A stretch of 64,000 bases of DNA from positions 210,501 through 274,500 of the forward strand of contig JAUPSS010000007.1 in assembly GCA_040285825.1 (NCBI GenBank). The letters run 5' to 3'. The notes beneath the pieces were generated by a model. The model ran no database searches. It was given only the letters and a program-made list of their open reading frames with translations, and was not told the origin of the DNA. Shown in pieces: positions 1-11,440 of the stretch. The position numbers were made by a program, and so were the translations under genes. The DNA is from Eukaryota sp. TZLM1-RC. Lineage: Eukaryota > Protista > Metamonada: BaSk clade. Position 1 is the first letter of the stretch, and every line of letters begins with the position of its first letter.

Positions 1-1153
1 AAAATATGTTAAGAACCAATTCAATATCAGAATAGTTCAATCTCAGTAATTCATGTTGTCTTCAACAAAACAGTCAGACAATTAGACAGTGCTATCATCA
101 ACTCGGTGATAAATCATTGTGTGAACAAGTGTCTTCGTCATGTGAGTAGTACAATTGAATAATTTCAGACCGATCGATCGGTAGACCAAAAACTAAACCG
201 AACAAACCAATTTGAATAATGTTGAAAATTGAAATAATACTCCCAAGTTAACAGTAAATGATTTCAAACAACTGAAAGTAGACACTTGAACGTGTTACGA
301 AACCCTTATTATTCATAGAAGATTATTCATCAAAGAAGTGAATATTAAATTATCAAAAAAAACTCATCATTGAAATTAATCAAACCGAGAAAACAAAGAG
401 ACAAGCTACAACTAGCCAAAAAAATCTTCAAATAATAATAAAACCAAAGAAACTGGCCAAGAACTGACCTAATTGTCTTCAATTGTAATGGTTCAAAGTA
501 AATGATGAAGAACTTCTGGAGACGAGTCATCAGAGTAAAGAATCACTCCATTGAGTTGATCAAGATACTAAGTAATAGAATAGATCAGAATATCTGGTTA
601 ATAATAACTTTTGAGATTATTGGCTTCCAAAAGAGCAACATTTTTGCAAAATTCAAGTCCCCCTCATACCAAACAATTGATAAACCCATAATTCCTAGGT
701 TCAATCTATTCTGGTGGATAAAATTAAATGAGAAATAACAAGCAATAAAACAAGAAAGGAATAGAAAATCAATAAGATTTGATTAAAGAAGACAAGAGAA
801 AATGCATTGAACAAAACTAAATAGGACATGTAAAAGTTAGCAAACCATGACCATCAACTGAGAGAGGAGAAGAAAACGTGAAGCAGATCAACGTAGCACA
901 CAATGACTTTGGAGTTAAATGAAGATGATTCAGTCCAAAGGCAGGTGTGTAAGAGACAGCTAGGACTTGTCAGGAGATAAACTGAGAGTATCGTGCTCTT
1001 TGATTTCCAACTCAACAAATAGGTCACGGAGAAAGAGAGCAGGGTGGACAGAAAAGACATAAGAAACTCATGGATTATGACTTGAAAGCTTAATGTTGCA
1101 CCAAACCAAAATTCATCATTCAACCTCAACCCTTGGTTGTCCTTAGAGTGACT

Positions 1154-3190
1154 ATGGTTTCCCACACTCTTTGGGATGCTGTAAAGAGTGAGATCAGCCC
1201 ACTCACCTTTAATCTCAACCAGTACTTTCAATCGAAGAATCAGACAGCAATTGCTGTTGATGGACGATATTTCTGCAATATGTTCTTGCGCTCTTTCATC
1301 CCCAATCAAACCGTTGGCAAGGATCATGCAGAAATCAGATCCATCTTTTCAGAGTTCTTCATTGAACTAAAGCAACGCAACATCATCTTTGTCTTTTTTG
1401 ATGCTTCTCTCAATAGTGGCTACCCCATGCCACCTACTACCTCCTCCAGCCCACCACGAAAATTATCGTTCAAGCAATTATCATATGGACATTCCTTTCG
1501 TGGGGACTGCTCTTGCAATCAACTGATGTACTACTGTGCCCTCTCTCATGGACACAGGCTCCACGTTGTAGATGGAACTTATCATCTCGCCGTAGTCCAA
1601 GCCGTAACTTCTGGCGAGTGCATTTTCGCCATTGCCCCACCTTGCATTCACCCTGGTTTTGTGTTTGCCCACCTTCCTGGTCATGCGTGGGCCCTGGCCT
1701 TTAGCTGGCTATGGCTTGACAGACAGCAACCAATCCATCTATTATTATACACCGCCGATCTAATTGTATCTGTCGGGAGGAGAACCGTAGATGAAATTAT
1801 TGTAGTTGATGCTGTGATTAGGTATTCACAGTCATGTTTTGCTGAAATATTTGGTCTCAGTCGAACATCCGAGAACTTTTTGAAAGTTTTGAATTGGAAT
1901 TCTTTTCGTTTCAAGCAAGCCCTAAAAGCAGTATCAAACAGCCGTGAGTTGGTCAGATTCATTGAGTATATCAATGGCCGGTATCATCCACAAGCTCCAG
2001 TGGATTTGAGGAAGATTAAAGTTTTCAATTCATTAAGAAGAAGTAAAAGTGATTTTGACTCTGTAATCTTATCATTTATGGCTGTTTCCAACCAGTTTTC
2101 TCATTATGTCCCTAGATCATTAGTTGATGAAGCGCTTATTGAGGAAATTTCTTGTCAGGATTTGGGAATTTCTTTTGTTACATCTGCAGACGGTAATTAC
2201 TTTGGTTTTAAGTTGGGGTCTGTTTTTGAAGAATTCTTTACGAATTTTGATCTTAGTAAAATTCTGCACTTGTTTTCTTCATGGGGAGGTGATGATTCAG
2301 TTCCCCATAAGTCAAAATTTGAGAAGAAATTTGAATTATTTTGCCAAAATGAACCTATTGCGTGTGTCCTGGCTTTGGCCCTAAGTTTCATCAGAATTCG
2401 CCAGAAAATTTCAAATATTGAAATATTTGATGATTCTGATTTTCTTTTCATTATTGCTTCTTTTTTCTGTAAAGACGACAGCAATCAACACTTTACTTCA
2501 ACTGAAAGCATTTATCTAAAAACCTCAATCCTGTATTCATCTTTCCGCTGTTTTGTTCATTTATTTTCCATTTTTGGCGAAAAAACTGCTTGGGAAATTT
2601 ACAAAATTATTAATTTCAGACTCTTTTCTTTTTTATGTGTCAATTACAAGGATTCTTTTGATTTGGATCCATTAAATACATCCAATTTCTCTCAAAACAT
2701 TGAAAACTTTTTACTATTTTTAACAAACAATACAGATTTTCAAGTTTGCAAAAACAGTTTTAAACAATTTTTTAACATGTATGGTTTGATAATCTTTCCT
2801 GATCTCGATATTGATATGAAAGTCAACAAAATTTTTCATTCAGGTTCAAAAAATTCAATTTTCAGGACAAATTTTGCTCGAAGACCGAGGTTCTTTATCG
2901 GTAAATCCCGTCTCAAAAAGCTTAAACAACGTTATTCTAATGATCTGGACAGTCTTTGTGCCGTTTTCATTGACCAACAAATTGAGGAATTAAGTCGGGA
3001 GTTCAGTGAAGCCGACGAAGACTCTTTTGATGATTGCTATGATGATATTGTAGAAGAAGTGGTAGAAGAATTGGAGAAAAAGGAAAGAAAAAGGAATAAA
3101 AGTGCTTTTAAAGGCACTGAAGACTTTTTTGACGGTGGAGTTCACCATATTCATCGTAGGAAAAGGCCTTTTAAAAGGGGTAGATTTTAG
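1154..3190 (+). CDS. PIN-like (Asteroid/FAM120/XPG-N-like) domain protein, probably catalytically degenerate
   Basis: Long intact ORF, first ATG at 1154. N-terminal IAVDGRYF...FFIELKQRNIIFVFFDAS matches the XPG-N/Asteroid pattern. The later EAD and DSD acidic motifs are not recognisable. Acidic then basic C-terminal tail. Confidence 0.55.
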   Translation: MVSHTLWDAVKSEISPLTFNLNQYFQSKNQTAIAVDGRYFCNMFLRSFIPNQTVGKDHAEIRSIFSEFFIELKQRNIIFVFFDASLNSGYPMPPTTSSSPPRKLSFKQLSYGHSFRGDCSCNQLMYYCALSHGHRLHVVDGTYHLAVVQAVTSGECIFAIAPPCIHPGFVFAHLPGHAWALAFSWLWLDRQQPIHLLLYTADLIVSVGRRTVDEIIVVDAVIRYSQSCFAEIFGLSRTSENFLKVLNWNSFRFKQALKAVSNSRELVRFIEYINGRYHPQAPVDLRKIKVFNSLRRSKSDFDSVILSFMAVSNQFSHYVPRSLVDEALIEEISCQDLGISFVTSADGNYFGFKLGSVFEEFFTNFDLSKILHLFSSWGGDDSVPHKSKFEKKFELFCQNEPIACVLALALSFIRIRQKISNIEIFDDSDFLFIIASFFCKDDSNQHFTSTESIYLKTSILYSSFRCFVHLFSIFGEKTAWEIYKIINFRLFSFLCVNYKDSFDLDPLNTSNFSQNIENFLLFLTNNTDFQVCKNSFKQFFNMYGLIIFPDLDIDMKVNKIFHSGSKNSIFRTNFARRPRFFIGKSRLKKLKQRYSNDLDSLCAVFIDQQIEELSREFSEADEDSFDDCYDDIVEEVVEELEKKERKRNKSAFKGTEDFFDGGVHHIHRRKRPFKRGRF

Positions 3191-3346
3191 CTTTCGGCAG
3201 TTTCTCATTTAGCCACCGCTGGTAAAAAGCTTGTGATTTTGTTATAAAGTCAATTATTGTAAAATTTTGTTTAAAAAGTTCATTTACTGTGATTTATTCA
3301 CTTTTTCAATACATCTATACAAAATTACTGAAATTTATTTTAGGAT

Positions 3347-3555
3347 CAGACACATTTTAAAACATCAAACCTTAAGTAAAATTTTTACCTACTCAAACCC
3401 CATTAATTGAATGATCGGAGGTTTTCGCCATTTACTTGAAAAGCAACTCGCTTGTTGACAGCTCTGTTTTGTCATTCAAAATGAAGTTAATATAACGAGG
3501 AAGAGCTTTAAATAACGAAAATACAATTCTGTTTTTTCAAATCAAATAGTCGAAT
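3347..3555 (+). repeat. ~210-bp dispersed repeat, copy 1 (others at 4912-5127 minus and 33206-33421 plus)
   Basis: Shared core ...acctactcaaacccca...gaatga(t/c)(c/g)ggaggttttcgc...gcaactcgcttgtt...aatataacgaggaa...gaaaatac seen in all three places. Confidence 0.85.
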
Positions 3556-4048
3556 ATACAACCACTTTGCTTGAGAGGATTTCCTAAATCATCTACAAAA
3601 TTATAATCTTCAGTTCCAAGGGTACGAAAAACTGAAATAGCAATTGAGACAAGTTTGATATTTCTGCCTCTTGCCTTATAATTATAAAGCAGCCAGTAAT
3701 GATTTTATGATTGATTTTCCTAATATTGTGATCTAAACGGGTTATACAACTAAAGCGTACCGTAAATTCAATACCAAAAAACATCTCAGTTTTTGAAAAT
3801 AAGTTGCTGCAATGTCCAGATCAACGTCTGATCTCCAAAAAGCTCATTACAATCAATTGAAATTGTTTGCTTGTTTTTCATACAAGCATTTGTAAGTTGT
3901 GCATTGGAATACTGTTGTGTTTAATGAAATTTCCTCTTGAGTTTGCCCCACGAGAACCCATTTTGGCTCTTCTTCTATGTCGGAATTTTGAATTCTTGGA
4001 GCCAAGAGGGTAATTTTGATTTCTTAGCATGTAGTTTGCAGAAAATCA

Positions 4049-7000
4049 GGTTATTTTCAATTTTGATAAATGCAATGTTGTTGCACTGTAAATGTGATAC
4101 AGTGTTTTTCAAAATAACATTATTTCCCATGTTGTGTGAAACTTGTTCTATATGGTATCACAAATACAAAACATGTGCTTCACATGTGAATTAAAATGGC
4201 AACTCTTACAGCCAATAATAGGCTTACATCAATAGATATACAAACCTTCAAAATACTGTTACAACCCAAATGCAAGGTGGACCCACACACAATTCCTGAA
4301 ATTATGCAGAATGTAGTTGAACGAATTGTCGTCTAATAAAAAACAGCTAAGTTGATCATTAATTCGATAAAAACCCCATTTAGAACTCATATCAAATTCA
4401 GCACATCTGAACTCAAAGCTTAGATTAATACATCCTTCCCTGAATTTTGCCCACAATCAAGACTACATTGCCTCTTCCTTATTCTCAATGTCATTGTTTG
4501 CCTTTTTTTCGTGACGACCTCAAAGCTATCTCAAAAGGAATGAAGACATTCAAGTTCTCCAATTATACAGTGAATGAAAACAAATTTCAACTTATTTTAA
4601 GATTGTTTGATGCTTTTTTAGTGAAGGACATCTCTCAAATACAGACGCTGAAACAAAACGCAGAATGGTACATATAGCAACAACAAGAACAAATCAACAA
4701 AACCTAGTAAAAGCATAATCCACATTGAACATTTTTGTTTTAGTAATATATACAACAAGAATTTTGCCAATTATTTACTAACCAAAAACTATTATTTTTC
4801 ATTCGATTTTTCCATAATTGTGCTACACTATATCGTGTTGTAACATTTACACCGTTGAACTTTGATTCACCATTGAACAATGGATCAAGAAAATCTGGTA
4901 AACAAGTAATCATTCGATTGTTTTGATTTGGAAGTACAGAATGGTATTTTCGTTATTCAAAGCTGTTCCTCGTTATATTCATTCAATTTTGAATAACTTT
5001 ACGGAGATTTATAACAAGCGAGTTGCTATACAAGTGAATAGCGAAAACCTCCCGTCATTCAAATGATGGGGTTTGAGTAGGTAAAAGCATTAGTTAAGGT
5101 TTGTGGTTGAATTTTAAAAAATGTCTGTTTCGGGAATAAATGCAAACTTTATTATTTGGTTGTAACTCTACAATTACAAATTAAAATTATTTTTCTTTGT
5201 TGATCTTTTGTAATGAGGAAAAGTTATCAAATTGGTGAGATGAACAAAAGAGGAGAGAAGATGCATTAAAGATAATAAAGAATTAAAGGTAAGAAAGGAT
5301 AAAAGAATTGATGGTACAAGTGCAATGATTCTCAACATTAATCCAAATAAATTTATTTAAACCTAAACACAATTACCACACCAAGCAACAGCATTAGCTA
5401 TTAATAAATGACCATCAGTTGAGGAAGCCCATCTGTAACCAGCTGGATTACCGTCACTACTGAATGAAATCCACCCAAATTCAACTATTCTGCCATTACC
5501 AACATTTTTCTTGGCAATTAAAGGGGAACCATTATTAATAGTAGCAACCAAAGTTCCACTAGTGAGCTTGGTGTTGACTCTACCATAATTTGAGGAAAAA
5601 GAGCTTACATTTGTTAATAAAGGATCATTAGGTAGTGTTGGAGTCATGGTTGCGTAATTGCTTGATGATCCTTGATACCAACCCTTACTACCCCCCTCAA
5701 AACAAGAGTAATTAAAAACATTTGCTGCATCATAATGAAACAAAACCAAACCCTTTCCTGATTCAAGTGTTTCATTAAGAAAAGAAGCTGGCCAATTCAT
5801 TCTCCATGTATCCACAACAACAACATCAAAAGCACTTAATTCATTGAAATTGTTTACTTGTAGGCCTTGGTTAATTGAAATCTCAACGTGATTCCAATTT
5901 TGATTAAATCCTCTTCTTAGCTTGGAAACAAGATCATTTAATAAATCATCAAGATAACAATAAACCCCAACATTAAGCCTAAAACAAACTTCCCTTCCCA
6001 ATAACCGTTTAGAAACTTCCCTAATGTTACCTTGATTACAACTAACCTTTAATACCTTCTCCAACCAAACTTCCTTATTACCATTAACCACATTAGAAAG
6101 GGTCAGATTAGAAAGGAAATCGACAGGAATTTCAACGACTTCTGGTAATGATTGGAATTGGTAATTGTCAATAACTTTGGCTATCAAATCAGTTGATGAG
6201 TGCTTAGTTCCAAAATTTAAAATATTGGTAAATTCTTCTTGATTTAATTCACCAAAATCAATTTTGTTGGTAATAGATTTGAATTCGTTAGTGTTGACCA
6301 AATCAGAAAGTTGTAAAAGCCAAATAAAATCATTTGGTTTAATTACCCTAGATTGAGTAATAAATAAAGAAATGGTTTTTGATTTTAAATCAGCAGAAAT
6401 TTCACAAGAAAGAATTTCCTCAACTATTTGTCTATTGATGGTACAAGTTGCATCCATTTGAACTGCCATAAGGACATCCTGAGCTCTTTTCGAAATATTC
6501 AAGCTGCTGACATCCACCAGATCTTTGTTGAGCAATTTTTTCAATAAACTCATTTTGAAATTTTTGGTGAAATTTTCGACATTTTCAAAGGATTGTAACC
6601 AAATATTTTGGTATTCCTGCAAAATATTCATAGCATTTCCAACACATTCAATACCTTGGTCCTTTAAATTGCCATTAATTGAGAGATTTTCATCAAAAAC
6701 CTCCCCACAATCAATTTGATTGATTAAAGTTGCTGACTGTCTAATCAGATCAGCAATCAAATCATTCAAAATTGATTGCCCTGTAGAAAGTGTTTCCTTT
6801 ACAACTTGGTCTACTTTTTCAGTTGGTTCAGCCAAGCCCAGAGTACATGTACTCAACCCTTGTTGCAATGCCTTGACCTCATCATTCACTGATTCTTTGG
6901 CATCTGAGAGAGGGAGTAAACATTTGTTGTGGGCAGCGTGGCCTTCTAAGAGACCACAAGAATCGCAGATTGCTACCTTGCACTGGGAACAAAAGTATTC

Positions 7001-7408
7001 AAGGTTCTTTGACTTATGGCGAGGACACTTGACGGAGGTGAGGGAGGCTTTCTGTTCGAGAGGGACGATGTTGTGGTTCTTGAAAACTCTGTTCTGGTGT
7101 ATTTGGGCAGAGCACTGTTGGCAGTATGTGACTTCGCATTGTACGCAAAAGAGAGTGGCATCGGATTCGAGACAGTTGTTGCAAACAGGTGATTCCTTTG
7201 GTTTTTGGTTGAGAGCATCGATCGCCTCGAGAAGGGCTATGTTGATGCAAAGAGCACGTTGAGGTACGTCGTTGCGGCACGAGGGACATGTAGAGTTGGA
7301 TTTCAGCCATTTGGAGAGACATTTGGTTCGGCAAAAGCTATGTCCACAAAGAAGGGTTGTAGGTTCTTCCATTGTTTTAAGGCATATACCACACTCAAGG
7401 AGACTCAT
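4049..7408 (-). repeat. 3.4-kb segment duplicated in inverted orientation at 30919-34285
   Basis: The TRIM-like ORF and ~1.3 kb of its non-coding 3' flank align with 30919-34285, up to gcatttatcaaaattgaaaataacc. Confidence 0.93.
5363..7408 (-). CDS. TRIM-like E3 ligase: RING + two B-boxes + helical region + C-terminal ThuA/class I GATase-like domain
   Basis: C3HC4 RING (CGIC...CGHSFC...CPSC); B-box1 (CNNC...CVQC...CQQC...H...H); B-box2 (CPRH...CSQC...CDSC...H..H). The C-terminal motifs FDVVVV, LESGKGLVLFH, PLIAKKNVGNGRIVEFG and LLIANAVAW are typical of ThuA/GATase1-like folds. Confidence 0.88.
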   Translation of the reverse strand: MSLLECGICLKTMEEPTTLLCGHSFCRTKCLSKWLKSNSTCPSCRNDVPQRALCINIALLEAIDALNQKPKESPVCNNCLESDATLFCVQCEVTYCQQCSAQIHQNRVFKNHNIVPLEQKASLTSVKCPRHKSKNLEYFCSQCKVAICDSCGLLEGHAAHNKCLLPLSDAKESVNDEVKALQQGLSTCTLGLAEPTEKVDQVVKETLSTGQSILNDLIADLIRQSATLINQIDCGEVFDENLSINGNLKDQGIECVGNAMNILQEYQNIWLQSFENVENFTKNFKMSLLKKLLNKDLVDVSSLNISKRAQDVLMAVQMDATCTINRQIVEEILSCEISADLKSKTISLFITQSRVIKPNDFIWLLQLSDLVNTNEFKSITNKIDFGELNQEEFTNILNFGTKHSSTDLIAKVIDNYQFQSLPEVVEIPVDFLSNLTLSNVVNGNKEVWLEKVLKVSCNQGNIREVSKRLLGREVCFRLNVGVYCYLDDLLNDLVSKLRRGFNQNWNHVEISINQGLQVNNFNELSAFDVVVVDTWRMNWPASFLNETLESGKGLVLFHYDAANVFNYSCFEGGSKGWYQGSSSNYATMTPTLPNDPLLTNVSSFSSNYGRVNTKLTSGTLVATINNGSPLIAKKNVGNGRIVEFGWISFSSDGNPAGYRWASSTDGHLLIANAVAWCGNCV

Positions 7409-8237
7409 CGGTGGAATGGTAAAGAAGGAGAAAGAAATGGTGGTAATTCTGTATTACTGGATTCAATAACACATGAAATACCAACTGAATGTACAGCTCC
7501 CAGGCACAAGACGTCGATACGTAGAAATATGAGCAACATTTAATCACACTGTTGTTGTTCAGTAAATATCATTGAGTTATCTACACGTTGCTGTCAAAGG
7601 TACTATTTTCAATAAGTATGACTCAAATATCATGTGCTTTACGACATTTCTCAAAAAAATAGTGTTTTTGATTAAAAGCGAGGGATTAAATAAACAAAAA
7701 TGAATTAAGTCGAGCAGTTTCAATAATTTCTAAATGAAAAGATTAATCAAATGTCCGAAAAACAGTTTGTATGTTGATTAGAATTAGAAATGAACCCCAT
7801 TACTTTTTGCTTCTATAATCAAAATAAATAAAGATATAAACAAATAAATGGAGACATTTATCTGTATTTTCTTTGTGATTCTGAAACCGGTCATAATCAG
7901 GTGCTGATATAGAAGGTTTTAAGAATCAATTTTTCAGCATCAAACTCTTGTTATAACAAGAAGTTCATGAGCTCAATCCTTATAACATTCAATTCATCTG
8001 TGGGGTTTTCATAGACATAATCCAGCATCAAGTCAGAGTGGTTCTCATTATAGTGCTTTTGGAAAGTGAACTCAAGTTTAATTCGTGCCGCTTCTACCTG
8101 AAAAATTGTAGACATTAAAGTAAACCATCTTTTTACCTTAAGGTAACAAGATTGCATACATTGTGGTGAAATTGCTGTGATCATCCAAATTGATCTCCAA
8201 GGATTCAGCTACTCAACCTCTTACTATACACACAATA

Positions 8238-10307
8238 ATGCTGCCAAAAGCTACTCCTGGTTGCCTTCGTGGTCTTCGTATTTGCGTCTTGGGAACACAT
8301 ACTCCGTATACTGCTGCTGAACTCAAATCCTACATAACCTCTTTAGGAGCCTCTGTTGTCAATGCACCATCTATACGCACCAATTACGCTGTAGTTGGCT
8401 CAAATATATCAGGTCCTGTTCAAAATCTCCTTAATCGTTTCGAAACCTCATGCAAGGCTATCTCCAGTGATCAGTTATTCTCCCTCATTAAAGAAAGATC
8501 TGACCGCGATCTAGAGGAACAATCTCAATCTCAATCGCAGTCCTTCTCCTCCCCAACATTGACCACCCCATTATCCCCATCTTCTCAGTCATCTCAGCCC
8601 AGGTTAACTCTCCCCAAGAATGGTTTCAAGCTTCCAAAGGCTAAATTTAAACTCCCGACAGATCGGAAACTTCCAACCCTGAAGAAGCCTGTAGCTTTAC
8701 CAAATTCTCAAGAAATTCCTACACAGCCTCTGACACAACCTCCGACACAACCTCCGACACAGCCTTTGATCGATCGGAAAATAGATAGGCAAATTCCAAG
8801 TACCGATATTTGGCCAGAAAAATACCGACCCTCATCTACACGTGATCTGATCGGCAATCAGTCACCAATCAAAAATCTAATCAAATTCCTTCGTGATTTT
8901 GACCCTCGACAGTCCCAAAAACTAGCACTTTTACATGGACCACCTGGTGTAGGAAAAACTACTACAGCTCTGCTTGTTTCTAAAGAAATTGGATTAAAGC
9001 CGCTAGAGTTAAATGCTTCTGATACTCGCTCAAAATCAATCTTGGCATCACTTGCAGGTGATTTCACCCAATCATTTACTATTGATTCGTTTGTTTCCGG
9101 TCAAAAACTCGGTGACCAATCAATCAATCAATCAGTTTTGATTATGGATGAAGTTGATGGTATGTCGACAGGTGATCGAGGGGGTTTGGCTCACTTGATT
9201 AAACTAAGCAAGAATAGTAAAATTCCAATAATTTGTATTGGTAACGATGTTTCTGACCCAAAATTCAAAACTTTAAAGAATCATTCATTAGTTTTGCACT
9301 TTAAATCACCAACAGTAGAACAAGCACTACCAAGGATCAAATATGTAGCTCAAAAAGAAGGAATTTTGATTGGTGATGACGCGATTAAAGAGCTGCTGAC
9401 GTCATCACAGGTGGATTTAAGATATACTATTACTGCTCTTCAAATGCTCTCAATGGGAAAAAATCACATTTCTTTTTTGGATGTTGCTGAAAAAGTGGAT
9501 ACAAAGCAATTTACTCAGACTGCTTTCTCTGTTATTCCTGAGCTTTTTGAGCCGTTGACAGTCAGTAGGCTGTCGGCAACCAGTCAGAAACTGGGTGATC
9601 AATCAAATTTGATTAGATCACGATTGGATTTGTTCTTTGTGGATGATTTGGTTTCTCTTATGGTTCAGGAAAACTACATTCATGTACCTAAACAACCCGA
9701 CATCTCCCCAATCAATCATTTAGACCGTCTATCACGTGCGTCACGGTCAATTTCCCAATCAGATTTGATTGGAAGTTCAATAACGGGTGATCAAGCTTGG
9801 CATTTATTACCAGCTAAGGGGTTCACTTCAACTGTTTATCCGGGGGCAGTAATGTCTGGTAAGCTTTTGAGGACTGATTTTCCCCAATATTTGGGTAAGC
9901 TTAGCAAGTCTAACAGGTTTGCTAGAATAATTAATGGTGCAAGCCAACGTTCTTTCCCATTAACTTTTTGTAATGTTCAAGAATTCATCTTAAACTACAT
10001 TCCAATTTTCCAATACAATTTAGTTTTACCTTTATTAAATAATGATATAGACCATGTTGTTGAGTTTATGGTCAACTACAGACTCGACAAAGAGGATTGG
10101 GATTTGATTGTAACTGAGTTTCCTTTAGTCGAACAGTTTAGTATTGAAGGTAAGGTTAAAGCTAAATTGACTAGGAAGTTGAATTCTCTGGGGGTTAGTT
10201 TTAAATCTGACACGACAGAATCTGTGGAGGAAGGGGAAGAAAAAGAAAAGAAAACAGTGAAGAGGAAAGCTACAAAACCTAAGGCTGTTAAAAAAAAGAA
10301 GGTTTAA
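8238..10307 (+). CDS. RFC1: Replication factor C large subunit (BRCT + AAA+ + RFC1 C-terminal)
   Basis: BRCT (CLRGLRICVLG), WPEKYRP, Walker A GPPGVGKTT, ELNASDTRS, IMDEVDGMSTGDRGG, VKAKLTRKLN. First ATG at 8238. Confidence 0.95.
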   Translation: MLPKATPGCLRGLRICVLGTHTPYTAAELKSYITSLGASVVNAPSIRTNYAVVGSNISGPVQNLLNRFETSCKAISSDQLFSLIKERSDRDLEEQSQSQSQSFSSPTLTTPLSPSSQSSQPRLTLPKNGFKLPKAKFKLPTDRKLPTLKKPVALPNSQEIPTQPLTQPPTQPPTQPLIDRKIDRQIPSTDIWPEKYRPSSTRDLIGNQSPIKNLIKFLRDFDPRQSQKLALLHGPPGVGKTTTALLVSKEIGLKPLELNASDTRSKSILASLAGDFTQSFTIDSFVSGQKLGDQSINQSVLIMDEVDGMSTGDRGGLAHLIKLSKNSKIPIICIGNDVSDPKFKTLKNHSLVLHFKSPTVEQALPRIKYVAQKEGILIGDDAIKELLTSSQVDLRYTITALQMLSMGKNHISFLDVAEKVDTKQFTQTAFSVIPELFEPLTVSRLSATSQKLGDQSNLIRSRLDLFFVDDLVSLMVQENYIHVPKQPDISPINHLDRLSRASRSISQSDLIGSSITGDQAWHLLPAKGFTSTVYPGAVMSGKLLRTDFPQYLGKLSKSNRFARIINGASQRSFPLTFCNVQEFILNYIPIFQYNLVLPLLNNDIDHVVEFMVNYRLDKEDWDLIVTEFPLVEQFSIEGKVKAKLTRKLNSLGVSFKSDTTESVEEGEEKEKKTVKRKATKPKAVKKKKV

Positions 10308-11440
10308 TTAAGAAGGTTTAATTGTTGTTTAGAGTTGTGTTTTAAGTTTATGTAAATAATTCAGGTAAAGGGGTTATCAATTGACTAATTATTTTAAATA
10401 AATAATTAAGATTTAAGTTTTATTTCTTTCCAAGTTGATTCTTTCTCAATAAATTAAATAAATGAAAAAAAATGATGTAATTTGCATAAAATATAATAAT
10501 ATACAATTGATTCTTCTTATTCTATTACGTTGTACTTTTCTCTGAATCGCCCATTATTCATCTTCTGGACAGTGATTTAACAACCCATTGCATGTGATAC
10601 ATTTTCAGGGAATGAACACGACGCCAAAGAAATTTTATTAGACCTGATTTTACCTGACCTGTCGAACAAGCTTGCGGTGAACAATCCTTTTACCTTGGAA
10701 TAACATACACAAGTTATAAAAGATAATGCATCAAAATCACTGATGGTTCCACATATCAGCAGTGAATTCAAAATTCAAATTTCATCAGCAACAAATATAT
10801 TAAAATTAAACAAATCAGTCTTTAAATATGATTTTAAATATATGACGGTGTACTATTGAAATAATTTTCAAAAAGTTATTTCTTTACTTTTGGCTTTTTT
10901 AGCGATATTTTCTACTAGTCTATTAAATGTGCACCTTCTTTCTCCTTGTCATGTATTATCAAACTTGTCCCGTTATTTGCGATGGAAAATATAGAAAAAT
11001 ATTTCGAGTGCCTTGTTTCATCTAAATAGGCTCCAATAATAGAAACAGCCCATGCCCATCTTCGTCTGAGCTTTACTATAGAAGACACTAGATCATAATA
11101 TCTCAGTTGTGACGTGGCAGCATCACACTTCTCCGCGACGTATTCTTTGTCCCTGATGTGGATGTTAATGATGTTTTCTGAAAACAAACACCATTTGTAT
11201 CATTTAATTGTTTGTTTTGTAGTTTTCCGCATGTTGATGGAATTGCAAAAAATTTCAAAAATTGTATGATGAGTTATCAAAACAAATATCAATTGGTAAG
11301 TTACACATTTTTTAATCTGTTCTTGTACCTTACACTCGTTTCGTCTACAGAAAGCAAATACTAAAAATCCACAAAATCAAATAAACAATTTATACGATAA
11401 ACAATAAACATTTAATAGAACAAAATAAATAAAACAAAAA

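Noticed and set aside
6525-7543. Antisense and overlapping short ORFs in the track (also 30832-31803, 34913-35233 and others)
   Set aside because: Shadows of real genes on the opposite strand; no independent motifs.
8721-8765. 12-bp tandem repeat (TQPP)n in RFC1
   Set aside because: Ordinary low-complexity linker between BRCT and AAA+ domains.
10560-11190. Possible IS4-like transposase fragment (QPIACDTFSGNEHD) and short ORFs
   Set aside because: Single weak motif, no termini or further catalytic motifs.
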